From NCBI GenBank assembly GCA_964106645.2, contig OZ067040.1: DNA of 64,000 bases; one strand, written 5' to 3'. Each line of letters opens with the position of its first letter. The stretch's first letter is position 1. The position numbers and the translations under genes are program-made. This document shows positions 57,687 to 64,000 of this stretch, in pieces. The DNA comes from Podarcis pityusensis (taxonomy: Eukaryota). Under the pieces are notes generated by a model, which saw only the letters and a list, made by a program, of their open reading frames with translations, did no database searches and was not told the origin of the DNA.

Positions 57687-57951
57687 CCCAAAAAGTACAC
57701 CTATTCTCTCAAATCTCCGGGTGTTCGTCCATCAAACCCAAGACCAGGCACCATGAGACACCCTACACCTCTGCAACAGGAGCCAAGAAAAATCAGTTAC
57801 AGTCGTGTCCCTGAGAGTGAAACAGAAAGTGCTGCTTCTGCACCAAACTCTCCAAGAACACCTCTCACCCCACCTCCACCATCGTCCACTTCCAGCACCA
57901 CAGATGTTTGCAGTGTCTTTGACTCTGATCCCTCCACCCCTTTTCATTCAA
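57687..57951 (+). CDS. SOS1: SOS1 exon 20
   Basis: 265 nt, AG/GT; [21 protein letters not shown]...TPFHS. Confidence 0.94.
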
Positions 57952-58184
57952 GTAGGTGCTCTAGCAAGGATTGAGCTATTCTTCTCCTTTTTAAGTAGTT
58001 TGGCCTGTGTCGCATGTGGGCATGTTTTCTGATCCTGCTGTTATGTGCCAAACCACAGGAAATAGTTTAGTTGATACTTGTATTTTGAAAACGGTTTTCT
58101 TAAATTTGATTGAATTCAAACCATGATTGAAAAGGGAAGACTGAGGTGTACTGTTTTAAGTGAATGCCTTGTTTGCTGTTTGTA

Positions 58185-58260
58185 CAGGGTGAGTCCTTTA
58201 AAAGAGGTCCCGTGGATACAGAGTACACATGTTCCACAGGGCCTCTTTTAAAAGACCCTG
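58185..58260. mobile_element. tiny (76-bp) mariner-type MITE
   Basis: TA-flanked CAGGGT..CCTTTAAAAGAGG / CCTCTTTTAAAAGACCCTG; largely palindromic. Confidence 0.7.
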
Positions 58261-58327
58261 TACATGGCAGGATGCTAGTAACAGTGACAATTATTTTATT
58301 TTCTTAATTCATTTTGTTTCTTTCTTG

Positions 58328-58350
58328 GCCTTTATCAATCCATGGTCCAA
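58328..58350 (+). pseudogene. SOS1: decayed relic of SOS1 alternative exon 21
   Basis: TTT ATC ... CAT GGT CCA A (FI..HGP) after a pyrimidine tract, without AG acceptor or GT donor. Confidence 0.55.
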
Positions 58351-58604
58351 GGGCATGTTAAAACATAAGATACAACACTAAGAATACCACAGCCATTGGC
58401 AGCTCTTTGGCTTAAGCTGCCTTGTTTTGTTTGTGAAAAGAAATCCTGATTCCTCAGGAACTTAGCAGAAGGAGGCTTATAGATAAGAGGCATACATTTT
58501 ATATGCTGTATTGTACTTTGTGTGTTTAGAATTTACTGTTAAAGTACTAGAAAAGTAGAAAAATTCAAATGAGATGGATAATAGAATTTTTCATACACTT
58601 TCAG

Positions 58605-58723
58605 GGTCAGCTTCTGTGTCTTCCATAAGTTTTCCAAAAAGCTCAGATGAAATTACCGTTCCCCCTCCTATTCCTCCCCGGAGACGTCCAGAATCTGCTC
58701 CTGCTGAATCTTCTCCTTCAAAG
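58605..58723 (+). CDS. SOS1: SOS1 exon 22 (proline-rich, GRB2-binding)
   Basis: 119 nt, AG/GT; [40 protein letters not shown]; in phase with exon 20. Confidence 0.95.
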
Positions 58724-60226
58724 GTAATTTCACCGCATTTCTCTCTGCAGGAACAGTAAGATGAAAATACAGTGGAGAGGGAGATCCTGTTGTCACTGCC
58801 ATCCCCACAACCTTTAAAGACAAAAGACCACTAGTGTGTGGCTCCCCACGGAGGAAACAGTTTATTCCACCCTTTAAAATAAATGGAGCTTCAGATTTAC
58901 AACCTAGTTTCATTTAATTCTTATACAAGGTGACAGCAAAAGTTAACATTCACTGGGGGGAAAACATTCTGGGTTTTTTATGCTCCACCTATAATCTATA
59001 ATGATAAATGAGTTTGGCTTATTTTAATTTTAATGTAAAGGCACAGCATGAATGGGCTATTTAAAGCTGCTTCAGTGTTTCCATACCCAGTCCCACCTCC
59101 TGGAGCTCCTGGAGCTCTGGTTCCTGCAGTTTCAGTTTTAAGTGGCTGTTTGAAAAAGGTAGGGATCCTGCTGCCATACTCACAATTAGCAGCTTTAAGA
59201 AAGTTAAAAAAAGAAGACCCAATAAGGTATGCGCCTGCAAAAACAATGGGAGAACTAGTTTGGGTCCCATCCAAATGGATAACCTTTTTTTTTAAGAGGA
59301 AGGGAGAACAATAACGACTTTAGTAAAAAATAAAATTTCTGGTTGCCACTGGTGACCCTATTTATTCCTCTGCTTATACATTTTTGCACCTGGGAACACC
59401 TTTAGTGCAACTCTTTGTCTTTATCCATTAAAGGGCTCCCATCTCCTGTGCTGGATCTCCTACCTATCCAGCCCGATTCCGTTTCCTCTTCCCATCTCTT
59501 GCTTCTGGAAGAGATGTGGGCAATAGAGAAGAGTCTGACAACCCTCTCCTATTTCCCCCTCCCCCCTCACACATACACCTTCTCCTTTATATGGGTATCC
59601 GGCCTTTGTCCTCTGTTGGAATCTTGTTGTAGGAGCACTCCTAGAAGTAAGATGAAATGAAAGCCTTTAGACCAGAGGTAGCTAAACCCTTCTGGCCAGA
59701 AGGCCACATTCATCCTCTAGGGGCCACGTGCCAGCAGTGCAGCTGGCCATCCCACACACTCTTGTGCATACTCTCACAGGCAGGTAGGCAGGCACCTAGC
59801 CCCTCCTCTTCCATGCCGATCAGCTGAGGACTAGGTGTCATTGCCCCCGTTGCTCAAATGATCATTCCAGAGACAAATTTGAAGAGGTGGGCTCCATCAC
59901 AGCACTGCGCTTTGCACACCCAACTTTTTCTTTTTGCTGCTGCTACCAAAATTGGTAGGTTCTTTTGGATAGTAGATAATGTCCACAACCCAAGGATTGG
60001 CCATTCCTGCTTTGGGCTTTCTCTAATCCTTTGAAGATAATTCATATTAGACGTGCTGTGTGGGTTCTTTCTACTCTAAAAGAGAACAACCTGTATTGGG
60101 TAAACTCTCTCAACTCACCTCTGTAGGTGGAATTAGTCCAAAGTGTCTTCGCCTTCTTTTGCGAGGTACCATCTTGGCATACATTGAGGTCTTTGAATTA
60201 TGTACTAACAAATCTTTATATTTCAG

Positions 60227-60721
60227 ATTTCTTCTGCACATCTGGACAGCCCACCAGCAATCCCTCCTCGGCAGCCGACATCAAAAATCTATTCACCGAG
60301 ATACTCAGTGCCAGACAGGACCTCCATCTCTGACCCCCCAGAAAGCCCACCTGTATTGCCACCTCGAGAACCTGTACGAACTCCTGATGTTTTCTCTAGT
60401 TCACCTCTCCATCTCCAGCCACCACCCTTAGGCAGAAAAAGTGAACTGGGCAACACTTTCTTTCCCAACAGTCCGTCTCCATTTACTCCGCCTCCCCCCC
60501 AGACACCTTCTCCTCACGTTGTCCGGAGGCATTTGCCATCACCTCCTTTGATACCCCAAGATACGGACCTCCATTCTGTTGCTGGGCCACCTGTTCCTCC
60601 TCGGCAAAGCACTTCTCAACATATCCCAAAGCTTCCTCCAAAAACTTACAAAAGGGAGCCCACGCATCCATTGATGCATCGTGATGGACCCCCTTTGCTG
60701 GAGAACGCCCACTCCACCTGA
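60227..60721 (+). CDS. SOS1: SOS1 exon 23, terminal coding part
   Basis: TACTAAC branch point and ttcag acceptor; [20 protein letters not shown]...[10 protein letters not shown]. Confidence 0.96.
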   Translation: MSSAHLDSPPAIPPRQPTSKIYSPRYSVPDRTSISDPPESPPVLPPREPVRTPDVFSSSPLHLQPPPLGRKSELGNTFFPNSPSPFTPPPPQTPSPHVVRRHLPSPPLIPQDTDLHSVAGPPVPPRQSTSQHIPKLPPKTYKREPTHPLMHRDGPPLLENAHST

Positions 60722-63030
60722 ATTCTCCCTTGTGCTCGAGAGAGAATGCTTTCCCTGGTGCCATGTCTGTTGCTGGCAATAGATGCACTGTACCTTGTGG
60801 GCACCAAGGAGTTGAGCTGTGTTGCTCCTAACACTAAAGACTCTACGTTTGATATTTGGTGTACAAAAAGAAGAAGAAAGAATCTTAATAACAGGCCCCT
60901 TATCGTGAATAAACTGTTGCTGTTTGTTAGTATAGTATGCAGGGCCCTGTTCTAAAGTCAGTGGACACCTGAATGTACCAGAAATCAGAATTGCAGATCT
61001 CTTTGGGCCAATAAGCAGACATTGTGCTTTGTGTAACGTCCTGTGAGGGATAAAATGCATAGTCCTGTATTCATCTGTCCACCATGATGTAAGTTCTTGG
61101 AGTAAAAATATTATGCACTTTTTAAAAAATGAATCTCAAACAGGGAACTTGATAGTCTTCTTAATTTTCTTTTGTTTTATTCCCTGCTTTCAAATCATGA
61201 ACTGGACTGTGAGGAAGATCTGTGGTACTGAACTGAACCAACATAGAGCTAAGACATAGCACCGTACTGCAGTCCTGTTTACAAACTGTTACTAGTAATA
61301 CATGGGTACCTAGGCTTCACCAAAGAGGTACTTTCCTCCTCCTTTATGAATATTATGGTGCCAGTTCAAAAAGAATTTTTTGCCAGTAAACAGAATGCCT
61401 AACTTTTAACCGCCTTTAAACAAATGAGATTTAAGTCTTATATGAATGACACCAATGATGCAAACTGCAAAACAATGCTATTGTCAGAGTTGAATCTGTT
61501 TCTCCATTTAGAAGACTGTTAAATCTAGACTAGGTTAGGTCTTCATTTTAAGGTTTACTGATAAGCCACTTAATGGCTGGGAGTGCAACATCTTTGAGAC
61601 TATGCCATGAAAATGCAAAAGATGATCCGCTGGCCATATTCCCTAGTTATCACCATGTTTTAACTAGCAGTAGGTAGATGAATAATCAGCACCCATAGAA
61701 TTGCCTTGTAGTTGCATAAATAAATCATATGTATATAGTGAATGTTGCATAAATATACTTGCAAATTGTTTTTAATTTAATTGAAATAAAGATACAGATA
61801 TTTTGTCTGGCTGACATATATTAAATTATTGCATTTCTAAATGTACATTTCAGTTTAAAGCACTGAGGAGGAGACACATGCTGTGGTACACACCTCTCTT
61901 TCTTGCTCATTGTTTTAGTCTGTAAAGAAAAAAATTAGAAGAAATCCAAGGTTTGGCATGTGAAATAAATGTGTGTTAGGGGTGATTCGGAAGTGAACAT
62001 CTGTGTGCTTAACATGGATCTCAAGCATATAATACAGTTCAGAATTCCAAACTCTGTTTAACTTCTTAAACCTTGAAACTGATCTTGACCGTGTCAGAAA
62101 TGTTTGAAAGAAAATAATCTACATGAATATTTTGCCTTGGATTATCCATAGACCTGTGAATTGCGCTTCTGATTCTTGTACTGTGATAGTAATGCATGCC
62201 ACTTATTGAAGATATTTTAATCCTTTCTACTACACTAGGACTTGTGAATGGTGCAGTATTGTATCCTTAGTTGCTAAGACTCTTATAGGATGTTTTCTCC
62301 TTGGCAAAACCAAAATACATTTCGGTAATCTAGAAAGCCATGTCACTGGAACAGTGATGGTAGAGGACCGTATCACCATGAAAGCCTACTGTTCTAAGAC
62401 ACTTCTACAGCATTATGTAGTGTGGTCTTTGCATTTCAGGAAAACGTTCATTTAACCTGCATTAAATGGATCCTTCTTAACATGTACGATATGCAGAAAC
62501 AAAAGGGCATTCTGAGATAAAAAATTGTATAATGCTAGCCTATGACAAGTGTTAAGTTGAGCCCAGCTGAGGGTTAGAGATACTTTAAAATGACTGAACT
62601 TGCTAAGGGAAAGTTGAGAAACTGCTCCATACTTAAATACATTTTTTTTCTTGTAATACTAAAGGTAGTGGTAATGCTCCTGTCCATAAGAACTTTAAAA
62701 TACTGCAGATGATATTACGCCCACCTGAGTCAACTAGGAAAAACACTCTAATGTCGCTTCTCCAGGCTCTGCCTACAGAGTAAAAGTTCCCTAATCAATC
62801 CACTCCAGAAAAAAGTGGGGGCAGGATTATAGTTTGATAAATCCATTTAGCATTTGCAAGCAGCAACGTTTTGTACAGATCTGTCTTATTCTTGTTTTGA
62901 GTGGGAAAATGATGTTCACTTAATATTTCCAGCAGCCCCGTAGTTGCTAAAATTATCATCCTTGATACAACCCAGATAACTTTGATAATTAAGCAGTATA
63001 CAAACAGTTTAAATAAATAAAATACTTAAT
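60722..63030 (+). promoter_or_regulatory. SOS1: SOS1 3'UTR (candidate AATAAA at ~61785, ~61965, ~63012)
   Basis: AT-rich sequence after the stop; true 3' end not determinable. Confidence 0.5.
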
Positions 63031-63368
63031 CCAAGATGACAAAAGAATTAGTTTAAGCAACTGAGAAACGAAGTCATTTGTTTCATTGAGGCTGTCCATC
63101 AGCTTCATGGTCTCTTATGGTAACTGAAGTAAAATATTTAGGCCAGCAGAACTTATAAAAAGTACAGATTTTAAATCTGAGTGTGCAAAATTTCCCCAAA
63201 TCCCCCGCAGCAGATGTTGTACATGTGCAAAGTGTGTGTAGTTCTTCAGGCCTCTTGTTTAACATAATCAACTTTCATTGTGTTAAATGTGCTGTGTTTT
63301 TAAGCACTGAAAATGTTTGTTTTGATTAGAATTACTTTGTGCTTACCCAAAACATCCATTATGCAGTT

Positions 63369-63504
63369 CATAGAATCATAGAATTTTAGAGTTGGAAGGG
63401 ACCCTGAGGGTCATCTGGACCAACGCCCTGCAATGCCCAATGTGGGGCTCAAACTCACAAACCCTGACATTAAGAGTTTCACGCTTTTACCAACTGAGCT
63501 ATCC
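63369..63504 (-). mobile_element. tRNA-Lys(CTT)-derived SINE with CR1-type 3' tail
   Basis: minus strand GGATAGCTCAGTTGGT...ACTCTTAAT...AGCCCCACATTGGGC (degenerate tRNA-Lys) joined to a CR1 end with (ATTCTATG)n. Confidence 0.78.
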
Positions 63505-64000
63505 ACAAGAAGTGGCGAGCTTTTTCAGAAGTAAACTTCACTGCATATTTCAAAATCCATCCCAATGAGTTGCTAGAATATTCCCCTTAAAAAACTACTT
63601 TGTAGAATTTTAGTACCTCAATCAAGACTTTGGAAAGTCACAAAGTAGGAAAGGAAATAAACTTTTTGGGGTCCAATATTTGTGTATGCAGACTTCTGAC
63701 TTACATAGAACTCTTCACCAGACGATCTAAAACATTATTTTTCAATATCTGTTTGTGTAGGAGTATAAACCCCATAGAGATGATGTTACATAACTGAACA
63801 TCAGGAAGAATGGAGAGGTATCCAAGTACTGGTTATATAGAACTAAGTGGTTGACATACATTTCACCCAGACTTGGAAATAAAAATTTGTTCCTCTAGCA
63901 AATTGGCTATTAGAGGTTGATAGTAAACTGCCTTTTCACTCTCTGGTAGTAATGTGCCAACTGCAGTATAATAAATAAAGTGGGAGGGAAATCTTGAGAG

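Noticed and set aside
60483-61060. Antisense ORFs over the SOS1 last exon
   Set aside because: Shadow frames of proline-rich coding sequence; no independent evidence.
63435-63504. Functional tRNA-Lys gene
   Set aside because: T-loop and stems are mutated, the 5' acceptor strand is incomplete, and it is fused to a CR1 tail.

Overview
Eukaryotic (vertebrate) genomic DNA, not prokaryotic. The repeat complement (Sauria SINEs, Bov-B, CR1, L2, Tc1/mariner and hAT MITEs, Penelope-like ends) points to a squamate reptile, probably a lacertid lizard. Two genes lie in tandem on the + strand. The first is the last 8 coding exons (CNH domain) plus 3'UTR of MAP4K3 (87-~10100). The second is the complete SOS1 gene: CpG-island promoter at ~14.2-15.2 kb, ATG 15078, stop 60721, and 22 usable coding exons totalling 3960 nt (1319 aa). 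A 7.37-kb block containing SOS1 exons 11-15 appears twice, on either side of a 200-N gap, and is most likely an uncollapsed-haplotype assembly artefact. Most notable observations: (1) a young Penelope-like insertion in SOS1 intron 17 carrying two oppositely oriented minimal hammerhead-ribozyme motifs in a perfect 95-bp inverted repeat; (2) a ~2-kb L1-type non-autonomous retroelement with a 201-codon ORF nested in a MITE; (3) a decayed relic of the alternative 45-nt SOS1 exon 21, next to a tiny mariner-type MITE; (4) a 60-bp foldback upstream of exon 15; (5) no recognisable CDKL4 between MAP4K3 and SOS1; (6) substitutions at SOS1 CDC25-domain positions 901 and 912. Comparisons with human proteins and TE family names are from recall, not from database searches.
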